DNA of 64,000 bases, from positions 7,577-71,576 of the forward strand of contig DATMES010000022.1 of the NCBI GenBank assembly GCA_035556555.1, given 5' to 3'. Of the stretch, positions 19,451 through 30,588 are shown one piece after another. The notes under the pieces were generated by a model that searched no databases, was not told the DNA's origin, and worked only from the letters and a program-made list of their open reading frames with translations. The stretch's first letter is position 1. The number at the start of each line of letters is the position of its first letter. Origin of the DNA: Frankiaceae bacterium (GTDB lineage Bacteria; Actinomycetota; Actinomycetes; BP-191). The translations under genes and the position numbers were made by a program.

Positions 19451-20196
19451 CGCAGACCCCTGTGCCGCAGGTCGGCCAGGGGCGTCGCCCACCCGTCAAG
19501 CGCCCGTGGCCCCGGCTCCCGCTGTGGTTCTGGGCCGGCATCGGCGTGGTGCTCACCGGGTTCGTCGCCGTCGGCATCGTCGCGATCGTCACGATGGCGT
19601 CGTTCGAGGAGCAGCCCCTCTACGAACGCCGATCGCCCCCCATGGCCGGCGAGCAGTCGCACCACGTGGGCCGGGTCGTCCTGCCGGACGCGCCGGTGCG
19701 CGACGTCGAGTGCGGCGCGATCAGCGGCCTCAAGGTGCAGGGCGGCGCGGAGACCGGCGACCTGCTCGCCGAGGCACTGCGCGGGCTCTGCCGGCGGGTC
19801 GCCGCGGTGGACACGTACGGCGTCGAGCTGGCCGAGCGTATGAAGCGCCTCGCGGAGCAGGGCGCGGTGGTGTCGTTCGCCAACTTCGGGCGCACCGGCG
19901 AGCTGACCACGACGCTGCCGGGCACGCCGCCGCGCATCCTGCTCAACGACGCGTTCATCCGCGGCGGGGGGCAGTTCAAGGGGTTCCTGCTGCCGGAGCT
20001 GGCGCACGAGCTGTGGCACGCGGGCAGCGTCGACGTCACCGCCGAGGACGAGCTGACGGCGCGGAAGGTCGAGCTGGCTGCGTGCGCGCTGACGCCGTCG
20101 AGCGAGGCGTTCCGCGGGTGCACGGACGCGAAGCGGATCGTGGCCGAGGGCGACGAGAAGGCACTCGCGGGGCTGCGCGAGGCGGGATACCCCTAG
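19447..20196 (+). CDS. Membrane-anchored protein with an HExxH motif (putative Zn-dependent hydrolase), inserted between purS and purQ
   Basis: ATGA overlap with the purS stop; one N-terminal TM helix (LWFWAGIGVVLTGFVAVGIVAIV); LPELAHELWH contains HELWH. Confidence 0.55.
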   Translation: MTQTPVPQVGQGRRPPVKRPWPRLPLWFWAGIGVVLTGFVAVGIVAIVTMASFEEQPLYERRSPPMAGEQSHHVGRVVLPDAPVRDVECGAISGLKVQGGAETGDLLAEALRGLCRRVAAVDTYGVELAERMKRLAEQGAVVSFANFGRTGELTTTLPGTPPRILLNDAFIRGGGQFKGFLLPELAHELWHAGSVDVTAEDELTARKVELAACALTPSSEAFRGCTDAKRIVAEGDEKALAGLREAGYP

Positions 20197-20726
20197 GAGG
20201 GCTTCTTGCGCTCCGGCGGGAGCGCCGTCCACGTGATGGTGGCCTTGAACGTCCCCGTACCCCCGCGGTTGACGACCGCGAACGTGTAACGGCCCATCGG
20301 AAGCTGGTTGACCCGGAAGCTCAGGTGGTACTTGGTGAAGGTTTCGCTGTCCGGAAGCGGGCAGCACCCCACGATGTCGTGGCTGCGGTAGAAGTCGCCC
20401 TTGCTGGTGTACAGCACGAGCGCGCCGGCCATCGACGCGTCGAAGACGCCGCTGACGACGAACTCGCCCTTGGTCCTGCCCTTGGGGAGTGTGAGCCGGA
20501 GGTTGCGCACGCTGCAGCTCTGCTCGGTGCAGTCCTCGAGGACCGGGTCGATCTCGCCCTCGGTCGTGCCGGTGACCGGGACGGCGGCCGCGTCGAGCGT
20601 GCCGGACCACGTCCTCGACGTCGTCCGCTTGCCGTCCAGGGTGTACGTCCCCACAGCCGTCGCCGGCGACGACGCCAGCAGCGCGCTGACGGCGGTCGCG
20701 GCGAGGAGCACCCGGCGGACGTTCAC
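20193..20726 (-). CDS. Secreted hypothetical protein (178 aa)
   Basis: GTG start with AAGGGAGAG RBS; signal peptide VNVRRVLLAATAVSALLASSPATA; convergent overlap with the upstream gene. Confidence 0.5.
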   Translation of the reverse strand: MNVRRVLLAATAVSALLASSPATAVGTYTLDGKRTTSRTWSGTLDAAAVPVTGTTEGEIDPVLEDCTEQSCSVRNLRLTLPKGRTKGEFVVSGVFDASMAGALVLYTSKGDFYRSHDIVGCCPLPDSETFTKYHLSFRVNQLPMGRYTFAVVNRGGTGTFKATITWTALPPERKKPS

Positions 20727-20857
20727 GGCTCTCCCTTGCTGGGGGGTGAGAAAGCCTATTTCTGCGCCGATTGTGGGTTCTCCTTCCTGGCGCGTAAAGA
20801 CCCCGGCCCCCAGGTACGCTGGGACCGCACCCCTCCAGACCACGTCGAGGAGCCCGC

Positions 20858-21538
20858 ATGCCCGCCCGCGTCGGCGTCGTGACGTTCCCCGGATCGCTCG
20901 ACGACCGCGACGCGCTGCGCGCCGTCGAGCTGGCCGGCGGCGAACCCGTGAGCCTGTGGCACGCCGACCCGTCGCTGCACGGCGTGGACGCCGTGATCCT
21001 GCCGGGCGGGTTCTCGTACGGCGACTACCTCCGCTGTGGCGCCATCGCCCGCTTCTCGCCGGTGATGGAGGCCGTCATCGCGCACGCGCGCTCCGGCGGC
21101 CCGGTCCTCGGCATCTGCAACGGCTTCCAGGTGCTCTGCGAGTCGCACCTGCTCCCCGGCGCGCTCATGCGCAACGGCGGCCGCCGCTTCACCTGCCTCG
21201 ACCAGCGGCTGCGGATCGAGTGCGCCAAGACCGCGTGGACGACGGCGTACGCCGAGGGCGACGAGGTCACGATCGTCCTCAAGAACGGCGAGGGCCGCTT
21301 CTACGCCGACGAGCGCACGCTCGACGCGCTCGAGGCCGAGGGGCGGGTCGTCGCGCGGTACCTCGACGGCAACCCCAACGGCTCGCTCCGCGACATCGCC
21401 GGCATCACCAACGAGGACGGCAACGTCGTCGGCCTCATGCCGCACCCCGAGCACGCGGTCGAGGCGCTGACCGGCCCCGGCACCGACGGGCTCGGCTTCT
21501 TCACGAGCGTCCTGGAGCACGTCGGCCTCAAGGCGTAG
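20858..21538 (+). CDS. purQ: Phosphoribosylformylglycinamidine synthase I (glutaminase subunit)
   Basis: Class I glutamine amidotransferase; GICNGFQ nucleophile and PHPE motif. Confidence 0.95.
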   Translation: MPARVGVVTFPGSLDDRDALRAVELAGGEPVSLWHADPSLHGVDAVILPGGFSYGDYLRCGAIARFSPVMEAVIAHARSGGPVLGICNGFQVLCESHLLPGALMRNGGRRFTCLDQRLRIECAKTAWTTAYAEGDEVTIVLKNGEGRFYADERTLDALEAEGRVVARYLDGNPNGSLRDIAGITNEDGNVVGLMPHPEHAVEALTGPGTDGLGFFTSVLEHVGLKA

Positions 21539-21568
21539 CTGCGGGGGCCGACATCGGCCGGCGCAGAT

Positions 21569-21637
21569 GTTACTGGTGAGTAGCGACGTCGTGGCTCACC
21601 AGTTCGTGCTGGGCCGTTGTCGCTACTCACCAGTAAC
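21569..21637. repeat. Palindromic extragenic element, copy 2 (19-bp arms GTTACTGGTGAGTAGCGAC / GTCGCTACTCACCAGTAAC, with a nested 9-bp alternative stem)
   Basis: Inverted repeat read directly; same family as 2389-2458. Confidence 0.7.
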
Positions 21638-21664
21638 CGCGGGCAGCTTCGTTAGCCTGGCGGC

Positions 21665-22459
21665 GTGCCTGGTCTGGTCGGCGCCCTGTCGGTGCTGGGC
21701 ATGGCCGTCGTCGCGCCGCTCGGGCTCCGCCGCCTGGCGACGCCGGGCGTGGCCCGCCTGGTCCCGTTCTGGCCGTTCCTCGCGCTCGTCGCGGGCTGGG
21801 GTCTGCTGCTGGAACGCGGCGCCGTCGCGGTGGCTCTCGTGCTGCCGTACGCCGTCGCCTGCGCTGCCGTCGCGGCGCTCGCTGCACTGCGGTTCCTGCG
21901 CGACCGGCGGCTCGGCACGCGCGACATGGTGGCGGGGTTCGCCTGCGCGGCGCTGTTCGTCGCGGCGACCAGCCTCGTGGCGGAGCGCGCGGGAATCGAG
22001 TTGCTCGGCTTCACCCTCGCCATCCACGGGCTGACCGTGGCGCACTTCCACTACGCGGCGTTCGCGGCGGTGCTCGTCGCGGGGCTCACCTGGCAGGCCG
22101 CGCCGAGCCGTCTCACGACCGCGGGCGCGTGGGCGGTGCCGGTCGGGACCGCGATCACGTTCGCGGGCTTCTTCACCGGCAACGCCGTCGAGCTCGTCGG
22201 CGCCACGGTGCTGACGGGCGGGCTGCTGCTGACGTCGTACGCCCTGCTTCGCCTGCGCCCCCACGCGTTCCTCGTCGTCGCCGCGCTGGCCATCCCGCTG
22301 ACGATGGCGCTGGCGCTGTGGTGGGCGGCGGGCGAGGCGTTCGGGTACGGCCACCCGACTCTGCGGCAGATGGCCGCGACCCACGGCGTCGCGAACGCGC
22401 TCGGCGTCGGCCTCTGCGGCCTGCTCGGCTGGCGTTCGGTGACGCCGCCATCGCTGTAG
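21665..22459 (+). CDS. Integral membrane protein (264 aa, about 8 TM), unknown function
   Basis: GTG start; hydrophobic throughout; lies between purQ and purL. Confidence 0.5.
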   Translation: MPGLVGALSVLGMAVVAPLGLRRLATPGVARLVPFWPFLALVAGWGLLLERGAVAVALVLPYAVACAAVAALAALRFLRDRRLGTRDMVAGFACAALFVAATSLVAERAGIELLGFTLAIHGLTVAHFHYAAFAAVLVAGLTWQAAPSRLTTAGAWAVPVGTAITFAGFFTGNAVELVGATVLTGGLLLTSYALLRLRPHAFLVVAALAIPLTMALALWWAAGEAFGYGHPTLRQMAATHGVANALGVGLCGLLGWRSVTPPSL

Positions 22460-22510
22460 AGACGGCTCCGGCGCCCACCGAAGACAGCGGGCGCCGGGGC
22501 CGTCACTGGA

Positions 22511-22753
22511 TCAGCCGTCGTACGGCGGACAGTCCCAGGTCGGCTCACCTGCGACGTAGACGTCCCCCTGCGAGGTCACCGTGACCACGCCGTAGCTGCC
22601 GGCGAGGCTGGTGAAAGCCGGGCACGCCGCCTCGTCGGCATGGCCCGACCAGCAGCGCGGGTTGCCCGGGTTGGTCAGGTGACATGCGTCTGCCGGGGTG
22701 GTGCCGTACAGCGCACCACCCGCGAGCACCGTGACGAGCAGGATCCTCCTCAT
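22511..22753 (-). CDS. Small secreted Cys-containing protein (80 aa), truncated paralog of the two downstream genes
   Basis: Signal peptide MRRILLVTVLAGGALYG; shares the N-terminal ACHLTNPGNPRC motif with the paralogs. Confidence 0.45.
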   Translation of the reverse strand: MRRILLVTVLAGGALYGTTPADACHLTNPGNPRCWSGHADEAACPAFTSLAGSYGVVTVTSQGDVYVAGEPTWDCPPYDG

Positions 22754-22755
22754 CG

Positions 22756-23208
22756 TCACGTCCCCTCGATCGCGCCGGCGACTTGTGCGGTGACGGGCCC
22801 GCCACATGGATTGCCGACAGGGGACGTCACGACGAACACGGCGGCACCCGCGCCGTCGATGTCTCCCGTAGTCGTGATGACCGCCGTGGCGCCGACACGT
22901 AGCCAGGTGAAGTTGACGTCGATCGCGCCGGTGACCGAGCCGGTTGCGCTGCCACTGATGACGCAGGTCGCGTCAGCCGGGTCGACGACGGTGTACGAAG
23001 CGCTGGCGCTCCCGAAAGCAGCCCCAACGACCGTCAGTGTGGCGGTTCCGGGACGCGGACCTGGGCAGCCGAAACAGCCGATGCTGGCTACACCAGTGAA
23101 GCCCACAGCACACCGGGGATTCAGCGGTTGGGTCCGGCAGGCGCTCGCTACGGGAGCGGCGTGCGCCACGCTGCCGGTGAGCAACGTGGCGAGCAAGAAC
23201 AGCTTCAT
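22756..23208 (-). CDS. Secreted hypothetical protein, paralog A (150 aa)
   Basis: GGAGGA RBS; signal peptide; ACRTQPLNPRC...GCFGCPGPRPGTA...ITTTGDIDGAG...TSPVGNPCGGP. Confidence 0.6.
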   Translation of the reverse strand: MKLFLLATLLTGSVAHAAPVASACRTQPLNPRCAVGFTGVASIGCFGCPGPRPGTATLTVVGAAFGSASASYTVVDPADATCVISGSATGSVTGAIDVNFTWLRVGATAVITTTGDIDGAGAAVFVVTSPVGNPCGGPVTAQVAGAIEGT

Positions 23209-23224
23209 TCATCCTCCATTGCTG

Positions 23225-23695
23225 TTAGGTACCGGCCACCGCGCCGGCGACTTGCGCAGTGATCGGGCCGCCGCAGGGGTTACCGACCGGCGACGTGATG
23301 ACGAACGTGGCGACACCCGCGCCGTTGATGTCGCCCGTGGTCGTGATGACTGCCACGGCGCCGAGGCGCACCCAGTTGAAGTTGACGTTGACGGCACCCG
23401 TCACGTTGCCCGTCGCCGTGCCGCTGATGATGCAGGTCGTGTCAGCCGGTAGGACCGCCGTGTAGTCAGCGTGGGCGCTTCCGTTGATGACGACGCCGCT
23501 CGTGACCGACAGGCTGGCGGTACCGGGCCGTGGGCCAGGGCAGCCGAAGCAACCCATCTGGGTTGTTCCGGTGAACGCAGCGGAGTGAACGTGGCACCGG
23601 GGATTCAGCGGTTGGGTGATGTGGCAGGCGCTCGCCGAGGGAGCGCCGTACGCCACGCTGCCGGCGAGCAGCGCGAGTAGAGCGACTTTGCGCAT
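23225..23695 (-). CDS. Secreted hypothetical protein, paralog B (156 aa)
   Basis: GGAGGA RBS before the internal ATG (MRKVALLALLAG); family identity with paralog A is high. Confidence 0.6.
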   Translation of the reverse strand: MRKVALLALLAGSVAYGAPSASACHITQPLNPRCHVHSAAFTGTTQMGCFGCPGPRPGTASLSVTSGVVINGSAHADYTAVLPADTTCIISGTATGNVTGAVNVNFNWVRLGAVAVITTTGDINGAGVATFVITSPVGNPCGGPITAQVAGAVAGT

Positions 23696-23805
23696 TCTTC
23701 CTCCGTGGAAAAGCAAGGCTGTCTCTCACTCCGGCTGTATGAGTGAGTCAGCGTGACTGCGCAGCGGACCGCCCCGGAAGTAGTCCCGGGGCGGCCTCGG
23801 GTGCG

Positions 23806-24405
23806 CTACGGGAAGAGACGGTCGTTGGTCTCCATGCAGTCCGTCGGCTCCTGGATCGCGACAGCGAGCGCGAACTCGACCGGGCACGCGGCGACGTCGA
23901 AGTAGCCCCAGTCGGCCCCGCCGTCACGCCAGACCTCGAGCACCGGGAGCGTGCTCGGGCCCACGTTTCCCTCGAGGAACTGGATGCTCATCGTGGTGGT
24001 GCCGGTCTTGACGCAGACAGCACTGGCCGCGAGCCCGATCGAGATCTGGACGGGTACCGGGTCGGCGACCGTGGCGAGCACGGTGGGGCAGAGCGACGCG
24101 TCGTCGTCGACGTCCACGTCGGGCAGCGTGCCGCCGGACGCGACGTCCGCGATGATCGTGAGGCCCCCGAGCGGGACCTGTACCCACGTCCACCGGACGC
24201 AGACGACGGTGCGGGTCGAGCTCTGGCTGTCGATCCAGACGCGGTCGTCGGGCTGCTCGTTGAGGCCACCAGTGAAGAGCCTGGTGGACTCCGTCGCGCG
24301 GCAGTCGTCGGACGTGGCGGCGACGGCCGTGCTGGCCGGCAGCAACGTCGTGGTCAGGACGGCGGTGGCTGCCACGGCAGCACAGCGCAGGATTGCCTTT
24401 CGCAT
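23806..24405 (-). CDS. Secreted hypothetical protein (199 aa, 6 Cys)
   Basis: AAGGGGG RBS; signal peptide MRKAILRCAAVAATAVLTTTLLPASTAVAA. Confidence 0.5.
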   Translation of the reverse strand: MRKAILRCAAVAATAVLTTTLLPASTAVAATSDDCRATESTRLFTGGLNEQPDDRVWIDSQSSTRTVVCVRWTWVQVPLGGLTIIADVASGGTLPDVDVDDDASLCPTVLATVADPVPVQISIGLAASAVCVKTGTTTMSIQFLEGNVGPSTLPVLEVWRDGGADWGYFDVAACPVEFALAVAIQEPTDCMETNDRLFP

Positions 24406-24628
24406 GGTTCCCCCTTCTGGGTGTGAGATTCCCCCGAAACGGGACGAACCGTACGGGGGACCTCACTACGGTGTACAGGTTTGCTTGCCGATGAAGTACG
24501 GAAATGTGCGAAAGTAGTCAGCCCCGCCGCGAAATGGGTGATATCTCACCCGAATGGGCGCGGGTCGCGAATTCCGCCTCGCCTGGACGGCGGGGCGCCC
24601 GCCGCTCGGCGTCGTCTAGCCTGAGCGT

Positions 24629-26839
<2,211 letters not shown>

Positions 26840-26855
26840 GGTAGCGTCCCTCGCC

Positions 26856-27641
26856 GTGCCCGTACGACTGCCCGCAGGGGCCGACGCGCTCGCCGGCGTG
26901 ACGGCGCAGTACGCCCTCGTCTCCGAGACGGTGGCGGCGCTGTCCGACGAGGCGTTCGCGCTGCCGACGAGGCTCGGTACGTGGACCGTCGCCGAGCTGG
27001 TCGCGCACCTCGCCTCGACGCTCGACGCCGTGCCGCGCGCGCTCGCCAAGCCGGCGCCGGCGGAGCCCGAGGCGGACATGCTGACGTACCTCGGAGCCAT
27101 GCGCGCGGTCTCCGACGCCGTCGCGCAACGAGCCGTCGACAACGCCGCCGGCGTCGCGCCCGCCGACCTCCGCGCGCGGGTCGCCGCGGCCGTGACTGCC
27201 ACCGAGGAGGCGCTCGACGGCGCCGACCCCGCGCGGCTCGTGCTCGTCCGGCTCGGCGCCGTACCGCTGGGGGACTTCCTCGTCACGCGCTGCGTCGAGG
27301 GCGTCGTGCACGGCCTCGACCTCGCCGCCGCGACCGGCACCCCGTGGCCGCCGGACCCGACGGCGCTCAAGGTCGTGGTGCGCGCGTTCGCGGCGCTGCT
27401 CGAGCAGGTCGCGCCGGGCCGCGCGCTGGAGGTACGCGTCCCCGGTCACGTCGCCGTCCAGTGCCTCGGCGGCCCCCGGCACACCCGCGGCACGCCCCCG
27501 AACCTCGCCGAGGCCGACCCCGTGGCGTTCGTCGAGGTGAGCGCCGGGCGGCTGAGCTGGGTCAACGCGATCGCCCGTGGCCAGATCAGGGCGTCCGGCA
27601 AGCGTTCCGACCTCACCGAGCACCTGCCGCTGATCGGATGA
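26856..27641 (+). CDS. Mycothiol-dependent maleylpyruvate isomerase-like (MDMPI N-terminal, DinB_2 fold) family protein
   Basis: WTVAELVAHL motif typical of the TIGR03083 family. Confidence 0.65.
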   Translation: MPVRLPAGADALAGVTAQYALVSETVAALSDEAFALPTRLGTWTVAELVAHLASTLDAVPRALAKPAPAEPEADMLTYLGAMRAVSDAVAQRAVDNAAGVAPADLRARVAAAVTATEEALDGADPARLVLVRLGAVPLGDFLVTRCVEGVVHGLDLAAATGTPWPPDPTALKVVVRAFAALLEQVAPGRALEVRVPGHVAVQCLGGPRHTRGTPPNLAEADPVAFVEVSAGRLSWVNAIARGQIRASGKRSDLTEHLPLIG

Positions 27642-27934
27642 CCGAGTTCGAGCGCCGCGTCGTGGAGCACGTCCGCGTCGACGCCGAGGCGCGGGCCCGC
27701 GGCAAGTTCGGCTGGCTGCGCCGCGCCCACGAACGGCCACGCGAGCTGTACACGATGACCCCAGGACCGCGCGGCGGGCGGTTCAGCAGGGCCGCGATCA
27801 TGAGCGCCGTGTCGGAGGCGGCGGAGCGCTTCTCGGAGCAGGAACGCTTCGAGTTCGACCACGACCGGACGCTGCCCAACTGGTTCTGGACGTGGGTCGA
27901 CGAACGCGCGAAGTGGTGGGACTCGGAAGTGTGA
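27638..27934 (+). CDS. Small hypothetical protein (98 aa)
   Basis: ATGA overlap with the upstream stop; high GC3. Confidence 0.45.
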   Translation: MTEFERRVVEHVRVDAEARARGKFGWLRRAHERPRELYTMTPGPRGGRFSRAAIMSAVSEAAERFSEQERFEFDHDRTLPNWFWTWVDERAKWWDSEV

Positions 27935-28007
27935 CCACCGTCCCTACCCAGGGATCGGTACACTGAACCGCACGGCTTCCCCGCCCGCGACCGACGAGGA
28001 GCGCCGA

Positions 28008-29531
28008 GTGGCCATCAGCCACCCGCCGACCGAGCCGAACATCCCCGACGAGCAGCCACCCAAGGACGCCTGCGGCGTCTTCGGGGTCTGGGCGCCCGGC
28101 GAGGACGTGGCCAAGCTGACGTACTACGGCCTCTACGCCCTGCAGCACCGCGGGCAGGAGGCGGCCGGCATCGCCGTCAGCGACTTCACGAACGTCATCG
28201 TCTACAAGGACCTCGGGCTCGTCGCCCAGGTCTTCGACGAGCCGACGCTCGCGACGCTGACCGGCAGCCTCGCCATCGGGCACACGCGCTACTCGACGAC
28301 CGGCTCGTGCACGTACGAGAACGCCCAGCCGTCGTTCAAGCAGATCCAGGGCGGCCGCGGCAGCGTCGCGCTCGGCCACAACGGCAACCTCACCAACACC
28401 CACGAGCTCGCGCGCGAGGTCGACACCGCGCAGGACGAGATGGGCGCGACGACCGACTCGGACCTCATCACGACGATGCTCGCCGCCAACCCCGACCTGT
28501 CGCTGGAGGAGGCCGCCGTCGGCGTGCTGCCGCGGCTGCGGGGGGCGTTCTCGCTGGTGTTCATGGACGAGCAGACGCTGTACGCCGCCCGCGACCGCAA
28601 CGGCGTCCGCCCGCTCGTCCTCGGCCGCCTCGAGCGCGGCTGGGTCGTCGCGAGCGAGACCGCCGCGCTGGACATCGTCGGCGCGTCGTTCGTCCGCGAG
28701 GTCGAGCCGGGCGAGCTGGTCGCGATCGACAGCAACGGCCTGCGCGCCCGTACGTGGGCGGAGCCGGAGCCCAAGGGCTGCCTGTTCGAGTACGTCTACC
28801 TGGCCCGCCCCGACACGCGCATCGCCGGACGCGGCGTCCACGCCACCCGCGTCGAGCTCGGCCGCCAGCTCGCCCGCGAGGCGCCCGCCAACGCCGACCT
28901 CGTCATCCCCGTCCCCGAGTCGGGCGGCCCGGCCGCCATCGGCTACGCCGAGCAGAGCGGGATCCCGTACGGCGAGGGGCTGGTCAAGAACCGCTACGTC
29001 GGCAGGACGTTCATCCAGCCGTCCGACACGATCCGCCAGCTCGGCATCCGGCTCAAGCTCAACCCCGTCCGCGAGGTGCTGCACGGCAAGCGGCTCGTCG
29101 TCGTCGACGACACCATCGTCCGCGGCAACACCCAGCGCGCACTCGTCCGCATGCTGCGCGAGGCCGGCGCCCTGGAGATCCACGTCCGCATCTCCGCGCC
29201 GCCGGTGAAGTGGCCGTGCTTCTACGGCATCGACTTCGCGACCAAGGCCGAGCTCATCGCCAGCGCCGCGACCGTCGACGAGATCCGCAGGCACATCGGC
29301 GCCGACTCGCTGGCGTACGTCTCGCAGGAGGGCCTCGTCGCCGCGACGACGATCCCCGCCGAACGCCTCTGCAGCGCCTGCTTCGACGGCCAGTACCCGA
29401 TCCAGCTGCCCGCCGCCGAGCAGCTCGGCAAGCACCTGCTCGAGGGCATGGGCACCCTCGGCAGCGCCGACCCCGGCCCCGACGCGATGCTGGAGGGGGT
29501 CGGCGCGGCCGACGCCCTCCTGCGCCCGTGA
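28008..29531 (+). CDS. purF: Amidophosphoribosyltransferase
   Basis: N-terminal CGVFGVW nucleophile; PRTase domain. Confidence 0.95.
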   Translation: MAISHPPTEPNIPDEQPPKDACGVFGVWAPGEDVAKLTYYGLYALQHRGQEAAGIAVSDFTNVIVYKDLGLVAQVFDEPTLATLTGSLAIGHTRYSTTGSCTYENAQPSFKQIQGGRGSVALGHNGNLTNTHELAREVDTAQDEMGATTDSDLITTMLAANPDLSLEEAAVGVLPRLRGAFSLVFMDEQTLYAARDRNGVRPLVLGRLERGWVVASETAALDIVGASFVREVEPGELVAIDSNGLRARTWAEPEPKGCLFEYVYLARPDTRIAGRGVHATRVELGRQLAREAPANADLVIPVPESGGPAAIGYAEQSGIPYGEGLVKNRYVGRTFIQPSDTIRQLGIRLKLNPVREVLHGKRLVVVDDTIVRGNTQRALVRMLREAGALEIHVRISAPPVKWPCFYGIDFATKAELIASAATVDEIRRHIGADSLAYVSQEGLVAATTIPAERLCSACFDGQYPIQLPAAEQLGKHLLEGMGTLGSADPGPDAMLEGVGAADALLRP

Positions 29532-30586
29532 CGGGGCGGGTCGAGGGCGGCAGCACGTACGCCGCCGCCGGCGTCGACATCGAGGCGGGCGAACGCGCCG
29601 TCGAGCTCATGAAGGAGAAGGTCGCGAAGGCGACCAGGCCTGAGGTCGTCGGTGACCTCGGCGGCTTCGCGGGGCTGTTCGCGCTCGACACGGCGAAGTA
29701 CCGCAAGCCGCTGCTCGCGTCGTCCACCGACGGCGTCGGCACCAAGCTCGCCGTCGCGCAGGCGATGGACAAGCACGACACCGTCGGCATCGACCTCGTC
29801 GCGATGGTCGTCGACGACCTCGTCGTCTGCGGCGCCGAGCCGCTGTTCCTCCTCGACTACATCGCCTGCGGCAAGGTCGTACCCGAGCGGATGGCCGAGA
29901 TCGTCGGCGGCATCGCCGAAGGGTGCCGGCAGGCCCGCTGCGCGCTCATCGGCGGCGAGACGGCGGAGCACCCGGGGATCATGGACGACGACGCGTACGA
30001 CCTCGCCGCGACCGGCGTGGGCGTCGTGGAGGCGGACAACGTTCTCGGGTCCGACCGCGTCCGTGACGGCGACGTCGTCGTCGCGATGGCGTCGAGCGGC
30101 CTGCACAGCAACGGCTTCGCGCTCGTACGCCACGCGATCCTCGGCGCCGCGCGCATGCGCCTGGACCGCTACGTCGACGAGCTCGAGTCAACGCTGGGCG
30201 AGGTGCTGCTGACGCCGACGAAGATCTACGCCCGCCAGGTCCTCGCGCTCATCGAGGAGGTGGAGGCGCACGCCTTCGCGCACATCACCGGCGGCGGCCT
30301 CGCCGCGAACATCTCCCGCGTCATCCCCGAGGGGCTCGACGCGGAGATCGACCGCGGGTCGTGGGCGCTGCCCGAGCTGTTCCGGTTCATCTCCGAGCGC
30401 GGCGGCGTGTCCGAGGCCGAGATGGAGCGGACGTTCAACAACGGCGTGGGCATGGTGGCGTTCGTCAACCCCGACGACGAGGACCGGGCGCTGGCGGTGC
30501 TCCAGCGGCACGGCGTGCACGCGTGGGTCGCGGGGCGCGTCGTGCCGGGGACGGGCACCGCGCGGCTGGTCGGCAAGCACCCGTAG
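29528..30586 (+). CDS. purM: Phosphoribosylformylglycinamidine cyclo-ligase (AIR synthetase)
   Basis: GTGA overlap with the purF stop; colinear PurM. Confidence 0.95.
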   Translation: MTGRVEGGSTYAAAGVDIEAGERAVELMKEKVAKATRPEVVGDLGGFAGLFALDTAKYRKPLLASSTDGVGTKLAVAQAMDKHDTVGIDLVAMVVDDLVVCGAEPLFLLDYIACGKVVPERMAEIVGGIAEGCRQARCALIGGETAEHPGIMDDDAYDLAATGVGVVEADNVLGSDRVRDGDVVVAMASSGLHSNGFALVRHAILGAARMRLDRYVDELESTLGEVLLTPTKIYARQVLALIEEVEAHAFAHITGGGLAANISRVIPEGLDAEIDRGSWALPELFRFISERGGVSEAEMERTFNNGVGMVAFVNPDDEDRALAVLQRHGVHAWVAGRVVPGTGTARLVGKHP

Positions 30587-30588
30587 CC

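Noticed and set aside
24520-24628. Possible ZTP (pfl) riboswitch upstream of purL, suggested by GGGTCGCGA and CGCCTGGACGGCGG
   Set aside because: The two elements are only about 10 nt apart, and the intervening P1/P2 and pseudoknot features of the ZTP consensus (for example UGGCG and ACCGGG) are absent. The spacing and architecture do not fit, so this is probably GC-rich coincidence.
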